Source: Glaucostegus cemiculus
Lineage: Eukaryota
Direction: 5' to 3'
DNA: 64,000 nucleotides
Assembly (NCBI GenBank): GCA_976551045.1
Contig: CDPCPM010000023.1
Span: 3,720,001 to 3,784,000 of the forward strand
The notes beneath the pieces were generated by a model that had not been told where the DNA came from, did no database searches, and saw only the letters and a program-made list of their open reading frames with translations. A program made the position numbers and the translations under genes. This document shows, in pieces, positions 42,501-54,500 of this stretch; within the stretch, counting starts at the first letter, position 1; each line of letters begins with the position of its first letter.

Positions 42501-45500
42501 TAATGCCTCAGTGCTCTTGACAATATTTATAATAAAAATGAATACATATTTGCATCAGTGATTAAAGATAGAGGTGGGAGGATGTGCCTGGAGGCGGCAG
42601 AAGTAGGGGAGGTTCTAAATGAATACTTCTCTTCGGTATTCACCCAAGGAGAGGGGTCTTGATGATGTGGTAGAGAGTGCTGGTAAGGGTAATGTTCTTG
42701 AGTACGTAGCTATCGAGAGGGAGGAGGTGTTGAAGTTGTTAAATAATATCAAGACAGATAAGTCTCTGGGGCCTGACGGTATATTCCCCAGGCTGCTTCG
42801 AGAGGCAAGGGAGGAGATTGTTGATCCGCTGATGAGGATCTTTGAGTCCTCGTTGTCCACAGGGATGGTGCTGGAGGATTGGAGGGTGGCAAATGTTGTT
42901 CCCTTGTTTAAGAAAGGTCGTAGGGATAGTCCGGTGAGTCTCACGTCTGTGGTGGGTAAGCTGTTAGAAAAGATTCTAAGCGATAGGATCTGTGAACACC
43001 TGGAGAGTCATTAACTGATTAGGGACAGTCAGCATGGCTTTGTGAAAGAAAGATCTTGCCTCACGAGCCTGATAGAATTCTTTGAGGAGGTGACGAGGAA
43101 GATTGATGAAGGCAGTGCGGTGGATGTGATCTACATGGATTTTAGTAAGGCGTTCGATAAGGTTCCTCATGGTAGGCTTCTTCAGAAGGTCAGAGGTCAA
43201 GGCAACCAGGGAAGATTGGCTGTGTGGATCAGGAATTGGCTCGCCTGTAGAAAGCAGAGGGTTGTGGTGGAGGAAGTGCCCTCGGACTGGAGGGCTGTGA
43301 CTAGTGGTGTCCCGCAGGGATCGGCTCTGGGACCTCGCTCTTTGTTATATTTATAGATGACTTAGGTGAAGGGGTGGAAGGATGGGTTGGTAAGTTTGCG
43401 GATGACACCAAGATCGGCGGTGTGGTGGATAGTGTGGAGGACTGTCGGAGCTTACAGAGGGATAGTGATAGGGTGCAGAGCTGGGTGGACGGGTGGCAGA
43501 TGGAGTTTAATCCGGAGAAGTGTGAGGTGGTGCACTTTGGTAGGACAAACTCCAGGGCAGAGTACAAGGTAAATGGCAAGGTACTTGGCAGTGTAGAGGA
43601 GCAGAGGGATCTGGGGGTTCATATCCACAGTTCACTCAAAGTTGCCTCGCAGGTGGATAGGGCAGTTAAGAAGGCTTATGGGATGTTAGCTTTTATAAAT
43701 TGTGGGATTGAGTTCAAGAGCAGAGAGGTGACGATGCTGCTTTACAAAACTCTAGTTAGGCCACACTTAGAGTATTGTGTTCCGTTCTGGTTGCCGCATT
43801 ATAGAAAGGATGTGGAGGCGTTGGAGAGGATATAGAGGCGATTTACCAGGATGATGCCTGGATTAGAGGGTATGGAATATGAGGAGGGGCTTAAGGTGCT
43901 AGGGCTTTACTCGTTGGAGAGGAGGAGGATGAGAGGGGACTTGACAGAGGTGTATAAGATATTGAGAGGATTAGATAGAGTTGACAGCCTGTGCCTCTTT
44001 CCCAGAGCACAGATGCTCAAGACGAGAGGGCATGGCTTTAAGATATTGGATGGAAAGTTCAGGGGAGATGTCAGAGGGAAGTTTTTCACCCAGAGAGCGG
44101 TTGGCGCATGGAATGCACTGCCTGGGGTGGTAGTGGAGGCAGATACATTGGACAGGTTCAAGAGATTGTTAGATAGGCATATGGAGGAATGTGGATAGAG
44201 GGATATGTGGGAGGAAAGAGTTAGATCATGTGCCGTTTGAAGGACGGCACAACTTGGTGGGCCGAAGGGCCTGTTTTGTGCTGTATTGTTCTATGGTTCT
44301 ATGATATTACACCCATCAACATCAGTTCTAATCCAAGTGCTCCTAAAGACTCCAAGCCGCACCAAATAAAAGCCAATTTGGTTCCATCCACCTTCAGCCA
44401 CAAAATGAAAAATGGACTGATTGTACCTTTGAAAGTTGATAGATTCTATATTCCAATGCTCAAGGAGTCTTTGACTGACAAGAATCTTTAACTGCAGTCC
44501 GCTAACGTTTTGCTTTTATAAAAAGAGGCCAAATGGAGGAAACAGTACAGTGTGTTTCAACTGTGAAATACAGTGATGAACTTTCCATTAGCACATTAGT
44601 TATTAACTGCAGTAGTTAAGTTTTTTTGTCAAAACTGGAAAAAAGGAAACAAAACATCAAGTATATTAAGTCATTTTGAAAATGTGGCCAATGGATGTTA
44701 AGGAAATAAAATAGCTTAATCTAATTTTGCATCAGTACGACAATCACATTGAGAATATAACACTCACCTATAATTATTAAAAACAAATGCAACATGTTCT
44801 TTTTTATCTGTTGGCACAACTGGAGCCAGAGCAGTCTGACCTTCAAAACCTATCCATATATAAAATGTGATTCAATTTGAAGTCATGGGTGCCATTGATA
44901 TAACCAATAACTTGAGTACATATCAGGCTTTTCTGACCAAATCTGTTCAATTATTTTATCGTGACATTAACTAGCTTGCACAAGGCAACTGGAAGATTAG
45001 TCAGTTGGTAAAGTAAGCTTATTTACTAGGTATTCTATTCTAACCTCAGCGATTATAAATGGTGTCAAGTATTCAACAATGCAAATGCAAAAACTTCAAT
45101 CATTACAGAAACTGGGAAAGCAATGAAACATGGACTCGTCCATACTCACAAGAAACTTAATAAGGTTTCTGTGTAAATGAAAATTATGTGGAGTTGCTGC
45201 GTGAATAGTGCAGAACAATAATAATCTGGATGGAACCTAAACAGTATCATCAGAGCAGAATCAAAATAGAAATAAAAATGTAGAATTATATGTAGGTTTT
45301 GTCCCCATAACTATTTAACACTCAAATATCCTTTCCACCATAGCTATGCACAAATTGTCACTGCTGACAAAACTGGAAATGCCCTAGATTCTGCTGTTTG
45401 GCATAAAGGGGGCTCATAACATTATGCCCAGATTCTCAGGCACAAGAATATCCACAAACATATGGACAACAATCAATTGAAGATGCAGGTCTTTTTGCAG

Positions 45501-48500
45501 CAGAAATCATTTTAAACAGAGAGCAAAGAACTATTTCCCACTTCACCTCCATCTTACATGTAAGGAAACTTTTGTTTTCTTCAAGCCTCCTTTTCATTAT
45601 CCCACTCTGGCACCTTGAATTCTCATTTACGTACCTTACTTCAGACACAAAATGCAGCACAAGTGATTCCCTGCTTGAATGCACTGATGCAATGTGAAAT
45701 TATACATCAGGCATATGCTAATAAGTTTACATGAAAAATGAGATGTTATTTACCTACTGCAAATCACTGAGGCCTTGATGCAAATTACACCTTCAGCCCA
45801 ATGAAAACTCTCAACTGCTGTTTACAGTACTTACTTGTAAAGATATTTTTAATCACAGGATCACTTCTTGTATCATTAGCATTAACAGTCACTACCATGA
45901 CTGTGTAATTGGTTCCAGGAAATAGGTTGGTTAGCATTGTGGAGTTTTTTACTTCTGTCTTGGAATGTGTTTCACCAGTATGAATGTAAGTAATGTTGAA
46001 ATTGTATTCCGAGTTGTTCATGTCTGCAGGCCAGCCCCAACTCAGTGAGATGGAATTATTGGTAACGTTCAGCACCACAATATCTCCAGGCTTGGGAACA
46101 ACTGTGTGAAACAAAACAGTGGATATTATACAATAATTGAAAGCATAGCATGTAAGTGAATGCTTCAAACCCGCTTCATTCATAAAGATGCAATATTGCA
46201 AAATGTCCACATCCCACTGTTCATCTTACCAGCACATAAATTCCAAAACAAACATGACAGGCAAAACAGAAGATTCTTTTTTTAAAAACTGAAAGCATGC
46301 TCAAGTCGTTACTGTAATTATAAAGTCAACATCATATGCAATGGTGTAAACACTGCTTACTTTAGGTGACTGACTGATAATTCAGTTTATTGATCAACTG
46401 CTTCCTTCAATCTACGTTTTATCTCAAAATCCCATGAGTCAACAAAGAGTCATGAGTGTATAATGCCAAACAATATTCCAACATTTCCCTCAAAGATGAT
46501 GAGGCTGAACAATTCATTGAGTTCACAACCCACAAGATCATATCACCATCAAGAAGTCAGCCAAGCATCCAAATGAGTGCCACTGCAACAGCTCCGTCGT
46601 GTTGCCTAAACCAATATATCAACTGATGAACTAATATTATAAGAGCAAATGCTGAAATTTCACAACATTTTATTCAAAGTCTGTACTCAACATGATTCTG
46701 TCAACTACATACTTCCAAATAGTTTCATTTTTACCAAATCATTTATCTTCTTATATTTCTTTTCCTACCCCAATTTAATTTGCCTTTACACGATCTCATC
46801 TCTCTCATGGGGGCCTTTTCATGACCATGCAAATGGACAGATGGAACCAGGATGGGAGGAGTGGATAAGGTGAACTAAGTGTGTGGAGCCTTCTGTCTTC
46901 ATCAAAATAGAACACTTTTGTTACCTCAGTTTCCATTGTTATGGGTCCTGTGAGTCTTATATTTAAAATACAACTATTCATATCCTACTGGGCAGGACAT
47001 CATTCAGTTTCTGTTCATTTCATTCTCCTTCACAAATCACCTTATGTATAATTCCCCTTTGTATAATTTTTGCAATCCTTTCTACATTTTTTACTCCCAC
47101 ATCATCTTATCTTCCAGCTACAATGTTCTTTGCAATTCCACTGCATTTCACTAAACTCTGACAAGCAACCGACTTCCTGATTCAAAGCTTTCCCATTCCC
47201 TGTAAGGCAGTATTCAAAAGGGATGGAACACTCTCAATTCTTGGATAAATACAGCTCCAACATTTTATTAAACATTCATGCTGTTTAATAAAATCCAGAA
47301 TCAGGGGTCCACTTAAGTGCTGGGACAGCATAGTTCTGGCATCTGCTAGATGCCCTGCTGCAAAGAGCCTAAGCTGCTTCAACAGCAACCTCCACCACCA
47401 AAAAGGTCAAGGGGAAAGGCAGGAACACAGAGGGCCGCTAACTTAAATGTTTCCCTCAAGGTCACATGTCATTCGATTTTTAAAATATATAATTTTTTCT
47501 TTATCTTTGCTGGATCAAAATTCTGAACTCGAGCGATTCAAGGCAGCTAATCACCACTTTCCAGGGTAATTAAGTACGAGTTGAATTAAATAAAAGAAAT
47601 ATGGAAGAATGAAAAGAGAAAAGGAAATAGAAGAACATGGAAGGATGTAACCCTCTACCTTTATTTCATTGTGTCTACATTTTCAACCATAGAACCATAG
47701 AACAATACAGCACAAAACAGGCCCTTCGGCCCACCAAGTTGTGCCGCCCTTCAAACGTCACACAATCTAACTCTTTCCTCCCACATATCCCACTATTCCA
47801 CGTTCTTCCATGTGCCTACCTAACAATCTCTTGAACCTGTCCAACGTATCTGCCTCCACCACCACCCCAGGCAGCGCATTCCATGCGCCAACCGCTCTCT
47901 GGGTGAAAAACTTCCCTCTGACATCTCCCCTGAACTTTCCACCCAATATCTTAAAGCCATGCCCTCTCGCCTTGCGCATCTGTGCTCTGGGAAAGAGGCA
48001 CTGGCTGTCAACTCTATCTATTCTTCTCAATATCTTATACACCTCTATCAAGTCCCCTCTCATCCTCCTCCTCTCCAACGAGTAAAGCCCTAGCACCTTA
48101 AGCCTCTCCTCATATTCCATACCCTCTAATCCAGGCATCATCCTGGTAAATCACCTCTGTATCCTCTCCAATGCCTCCACATCCTTCCTATAATGCGGCG
48201 ACCAGAACTGAACACAATACTCTAAGTGTGGCCTAACTAGAGTTTTGTAAAGCAGCATCATCACCTCTCTGCTCTTGAACTCAATCCCACGATTTATAAA
48301 AGCTAACATCCCATAAGCCTTCTTAACTGCCCTATCCACCTGCGAGGCAACTTTGAGTGAACTGTGGATATGAACCCCCAGATCCCTCTGCTCCTCTACA
48401 CTGCCAAATACCTTGCCATTTACCTTGTACTCTGCCCTGGAGTTTGTCCTACCAAAGTGCACCACCTCACACTTCTCCAGATTAAAACTCCATCTGCCAC

Positions 48501-51500
48501 CTGTCCGCCCAGCTCTGCATCCTATCAATATCCCTCTGTAAGCTCCGACAGTCCTCCACACTATCCACCACACCGCCAATCTTGGTGTCATCCGCAAGCT
48601 TACCAACCCATCCTTCCACCCCTTCATCTAAATCATCTATAAATATAACAAAGAGTAGAGGTCCCAGAACCTGAACCCTGCGGGACACCACTAGTCACAG
48701 CCCTCCAGTCCAAGGGCACTTCCTCCACCACAACCCTCTGCTTTCTACAGGCGAGCCAATTCCTGATCCACACAGCCAATCTCCCCTGGATGCCTTGACC
48801 TCTGACCTGCTGAAGAAGCCTGCCATGAGGAACCTTATCGAACGCCTTACTAAAATCCATATAGACCACATCCACCGCATTGCCCTCATCAATCTTCCTC
48901 GTCACCTCCTCAGAGAATTCTATCAGGCTCGTGAGGCAAGATCTTCCCCTCACAAAGCCATGCTGACTGTCCCTAATCAGTTCATGACTCTCCAGGTGTT
49001 CATAGATCCTATCCCTCAGTACCCTTTCTAACAGCTTACTCACCACAGACGTGAGACTCACTGGTCTGTAATTACCCGGACTATCCCTACTACCTTTCTT
49101 AAACAAGGGAACAACATCCGCTACCCGCCAATCCTCCGGCACCATCCCCATGGACAACGAGGACTCAAAGATCCTCACCAGCGGATCAACAATCTCCTCC
49201 CTCGCCTCTCGAAGCAGCCTGGGGAATATACCGTCAGGCCCCAGAGACTTATCTGTCTTGATATTATTTAACAACTTCAACAACTCCTCCCTCTCGATAG
49301 TTACATACTTGAGAACATTACCCTTACCAGCATTCTCTGTCACGTCATCAAGACCCCTCTCCTTGGTGAACACCGAAGAGAAGTATTCATTTAGAACCTC
49401 CCCTAATTCTGCCGCCTCCAGGCACATCCTCCCACCTTTATCTTTAATCGGACCTACCTTCACCCTAGCCATCCTTCTGCCCTTCACATACGAGAAAAAA
49501 GCCTTGGGATTTTCCTTAACCCTACTAGCCAACACCTTTTCATGCCCTCTTCCAGCTCTCCTCAGCCCTTTAAGTTCCTTCCTCGCTATACTATATTCCT
49601 CACGGGCCCTGCTTAAAAAGCAATCTTAATTCTTTTTGTCTGTGTCCAGTAAAATTTTCTAACTCTTTCATTTGTGATCTGTGCCCATCATAACACATCT
49701 GAAGCAGATGAAGTTTAATGTGAAGAAATGTGAGGTGATACATTTTGGGACCAATACACATTAGTGGGAAGAATGAGATGAGGCAATATAGAATCAAGGA
49801 TCTTGTTTTGAAAGGGCACAGCAGCAGAGAGACCTGTAGATGTGTGAAAATAATTGAAAGTGGCAGAGCAGGTTGAGAAAACAGTTTATAAGACATAGGC
49901 AATTCTACCCATCACCAACCAGCCTCTATCTGCTCCCCCCACCCCACACTCATACTGCAAAATTCTGCCAATTTTTCCTCTTCCCTTTCAGTCCCGATGA
50001 AGGGTCTAGACTCAAAACATTGACTTACACCTTTTGCCTTTGTCTTCGAAATGTGAATATTCAAAAAATGTAGGAAAAAGAAACCACATAAATAGGCACA
50101 TAATTTTATTCAAAAGAATGAAAGAGTCAGGCCTGAGGAGAGATGCTAAAACTTAGGAGAGTTTTGCATTTGGAAGTTGTCTACAGAGCGAATCTGCCCA
50201 CAATGTGTCTTTCATGTATCTTGTGGTTGTCATCTTTAAGAACTAATAATCACAGAAAGAGGAGACCACAAAGTCTTTTGAGTCTGTTCTACCATTCAAT
50301 CAGATCATATTAATCTTCCATCTCAGCTCTCTGTGCCTGCCCAAAGCCCACATCCTCTGTATTACAAGCTGAGGTTAAGCGAAGGAAGTTGAGATTGTTA
50401 CTGTCATTGTTCACAGCTGCCTATGAAAACATCTCAATAATTTTCAGCAGGTGTCATCTCAGTGAACTGCTGAGAGATTGTTGAAGCCGATGCGAGGTGT
50501 GCTGAAAACACAATGCCTGTTTCATATCACAAGGTGGTGCTAATGTTCCGCTCCTGGGTCATGGTGCAATGAACACACATAAACATACTGCCCAGCACCA
50601 GTTATTTCTCAAAAAGTATCTAACGTTTCCCAGAAACTTTTGATAGATTCTTCAAAAAAGCAAGGGAGTTTGCACTGGGAATTTCAACAATTACAAAAAC
50701 ACCACCAAACAGCAACAACTTCTTGCATTTCCATTGCAGGGCAGAAACTGTGCTGACCCATGTGGTCCTGGGCACAATCTTCCGCTGGAAGGGTGGCTCA
50801 CAGTTCACTGGTGTAGCACAGCACATGAGCTCTTCAAGTACCCCCAGAAAATCTTCAACTCCTGTGGAGGCCCCTACTCCTTGGCTCAGAAACTGTCAAA
50901 GTAGTTATTTGAATTGAATCTTCTAAAGTGCAAGAGGAAGGTTAAAAATGGAAATAATTGGCCGTCAAGCTTGGTTAGGCCTACTGCCCGTTTGCAGCCC
51001 GTCTGCACTTACCTGGAACGAAAATAAGCCAAACAAGCTGGGAGTCTAGTGGCAGAGCCCCAGGAGGTCTCAGCAGCAACTTGGCTTCTGCAAATGAATC
51101 ACCAAGGCCCTGCTCCTTGAAAACCCTTGATAGTGGGCCCTCACCTCCTCTCAAGGCCAGGAGACATTTTCAAATTAAAACAAAAACCTCTGATGTTTAG
51201 ACACTTCTAGACAATTAAAATGCTGTCAATAATTAAAAAAAAATTAAATAGGGAAATAAATTAAAGCATGTGAAAACATAATGAAGTAATTAAAAACATC
51301 AAAACTGAGTCAAAAAAAAATCTTGCCTTTTTCCTCTTCATCTCCACGTCATGTCACCCATTCAAATGATTCCCACTCATGCCAGTCTGAGACTATATTG
51401 AGGGAACAAGAAAGCTAGCCATGGAATCCAAGCAGTTTGGGCTCTGCAACTGTGTGTGACAGATGCATTGACATCCATCAGACTGCTGGTCCCAAATTTG

Positions 51501-54500
51501 TAACAGGTCCGTGCAAGTCTGGGTCACACTTATCTGTGAGTAACTGAGGAATGAGAGGTCCAAAGTTCACATCCAAGGCAATTCAGCTATAATTAAAAGG
51601 ACCACCATCTTTTGGAACTGACTGCTAACTCTGGTCAATTCGTAATCCCCTTAATCTTTACTGAACCACTTCATATACTATAAAAATCCTGATCACATTT
51701 CTCATCCCCTCTGATGTCCAAAATTGTCTGTAACATGCCACGTGTAAGGCTGTTTAAGTTACTTCAACTGAAAAGTATGAGCAAAAGTATGAAAGAAAAG
51801 TCCAACATGTGGGAATTTCAGAACTGAAACTGACAGACTTATACTGGGCAACAACAACAATTTTTATTTCTAGAGCACTTTAAACATAGCAGAACATACC
51901 AAAGTGCTTCACCAAAAATATGTATCAACACTTTGGGGTAGATGATCAAAGCTTAGTCAAGAGATAGTTTTAAAGAAGCATCTTAAGGGAGAAAAATGAG
52001 GTACAAGATAGAGAGATTAATGGAGAGGATTTCAGACAGGGCATTGACAGCTGGGTAGGACAGCTAATGGTAGCTGAGTTACAACTCTATGCCCTCCAAG
52101 GTAGAACTAGAGGAGCACAATTACCCTGGAGGGCATAAAGTCAAAGGCAATTACAGAGACTGAGAGGAACAAAACCATGGTGGAAGCTGGAAAGTGGATA
52201 AAAGTTTCAAAAGTTGAGCCTTTGTTTAACTGGGAAAGAGAACAGCTCAGCCATAAGAGGGTGATGAGCAACTGAGTTGGGAAATGGGAGTGTAAAGTTT
52301 CACCATACAGGGAGGCTGGCCAGGGGTAAACAAGACTAGTCAAAGTAACAAAGGCATGGATGAGGGTTTCAGCTGCAGAAGAATTAATAAAAATGGATCC
52401 AAGTCAACACAGATCCATTCAGCTGGATGACATGTTGGATGAGGACAGCATGACAAATCATGATGAGGAGGATGAGAAGTGATTGTCACAATCACAATCA
52501 CAGAGAATGTCATCAGGAACTTTGTTAAAAAAGCCACTTTGTTATGTGGCAGGGCAAAAACACAATTGGAATGATTAAACCAAAAAGTACCAAGAAAAGA
52601 TCAATATGAATTTGGGATGTCACAACATGTTCAAGGGTAAAGAAAAGGGACTGGAGATGGTGCAATAGTGATCATGGATTGACTTATGAGTAGGTGCATG
52701 AGGACAACAGCTTTGAAGAGCAAGGCAGTATCAGAGAGGGAAAACCTTTGGGAACATTAGCTAACATAGCAATCAGGAGGGAATGTTGCAAGGCTGGCAG
52801 CACATAGGAAATTGGGTTGAATGAGCAGAAGCTGTGTCTCATGGACAAGCTGAGAGGGAGAGACTACAGAAAGGTAAAAATTCTGGGTTTGAACTGGGTG
52901 GAAATATGGATGTTTGACAGAGTTGTCTAGGGGAAGGGATGTTCAAGTTCAAGTTTATTGCCGTAGGCATACATACACGGGGTATAAATGCCATGACAAT
53001 TAGCTTTTTGAAGCAGCAGCACAGTATAATACAAACATGATGAATGGCAACAGGTCAGTCCTACCTTTATTGAGAAAAATCACTCAAGAGTTTCTCAAAA
53101 TCTTGGAGATGACAAAATGGGTTCAAGAAGACAAGCTATAGAACAACAAAGAAACTAACTGGGCTAACTGTGCATTCCAGGTTAATCCTGGCAATACTGA
53201 GGAGGTTTGGTTGATAGTGTTCTGTGGAATTTCATGTGAAAGACTGCACCAGCTGCAAGGCATATCTGCTTGCTTGTGACCCTTAAATAGAAAAGAAGAG
53301 GACTAGACCATGGAAAATTACTGGGTTTAAAGATCAACGGTTTTAATGGGAACGAAGACATTTAGTTGGCCAATGAAACAGTGAAGCGATTGGTAGGTGC
53401 AGAAATATTGTGGGAAATGAAGGGCTAAAGGCAAGACTTTTCCCTCTGTATAGAGGATGTTCTGTCAGTCCTTTTTGATTGTTTGTCAGTTTGAGTTCTT
53501 TTTCCCCCCCCAAATACTACCACACATGCACTGGAATCAATAGACTGATAGGCAAGATCAATTATTTTGTATGAAATTAAAAATATACTTACCATCAGAA
53601 GTGATGATGCCCTAAGAGAGGGGAAAAGAGAAATAAAAATATATTAGAAAAATATTTAAATTTTCTTCCTCACTTCTTTAGTTGGTTCAGGGTTCCACCA
53701 TCTCTCTCTGCCAGTTCCTTGATACAGAGTCCAACTTTCTATGTTCTTTCAAAAGATGTGGACATGGCCAGTAGTTTTTGTCCATCCGTAATTACTAATT
53801 GCACATGAACTGAATGGTTCACACCAGTGTACTTGTACCTGAAATTGCCCTCATTTCAGACTTGATCATAAAGGTTTTCACGATCTTTGGTCATAAAGGA
53901 AATTTCCCACTCTTGAGGGCCCATGAACAAAATGATCTTTTATACTGAGCCAGTAGATTGCAAAGTCACCACCACAGATGAGAGCTTTTTAATTCCAGTT
54001 TTATTGAAGTATTTAACTGAATGCTGTGGTGGGATTTTTAATTGATGTGATGGGATTGTCAGTCCTAATCTCTGGATTAGTGACGTAACCAACATGGGAT
54101 TTTAACTCTGTGATCGCGTATAACATTCATTTTCCATTTTATACCTAAGCTAAATATTAGAGTGGAGGCTTAACCTGCTGTCAGTTAATCACCATATTAA
54201 CTGCATATAGTGCATTTTCTAATCAGAGTCACTTGCCAGCAATTAGGAGTATGGACCCTTTATGACTTTTATTCCCCTGGGTGTGAGTGCTAATTCAAAT
54301 GCCTTTCTAGCTATTTTAGGACAGATCAGGATTGGAAGCTACAACCTTCCTCGCCCAAGGCAAACACAGAAAGTGCTAGGGTCCTCAGGAGGTCACAAGG
54401 CATCCGTGTAAAGAGAAACAGTTAATGTTTCAGGTCTGACGCCCTTTGTTAGAACCTGAAAAATTCGACAAAAGCTGCTCGACATACTAAGTATCCCCAG

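Noticed and set aside
48633-49535. 300-aa reverse-transcriptase ORF as a novel or domesticated RT
   Set aside because: It is an ordinary 5'-truncated CR1 ORF2, frameshifted before the catalytic FADD motif (here LADD).
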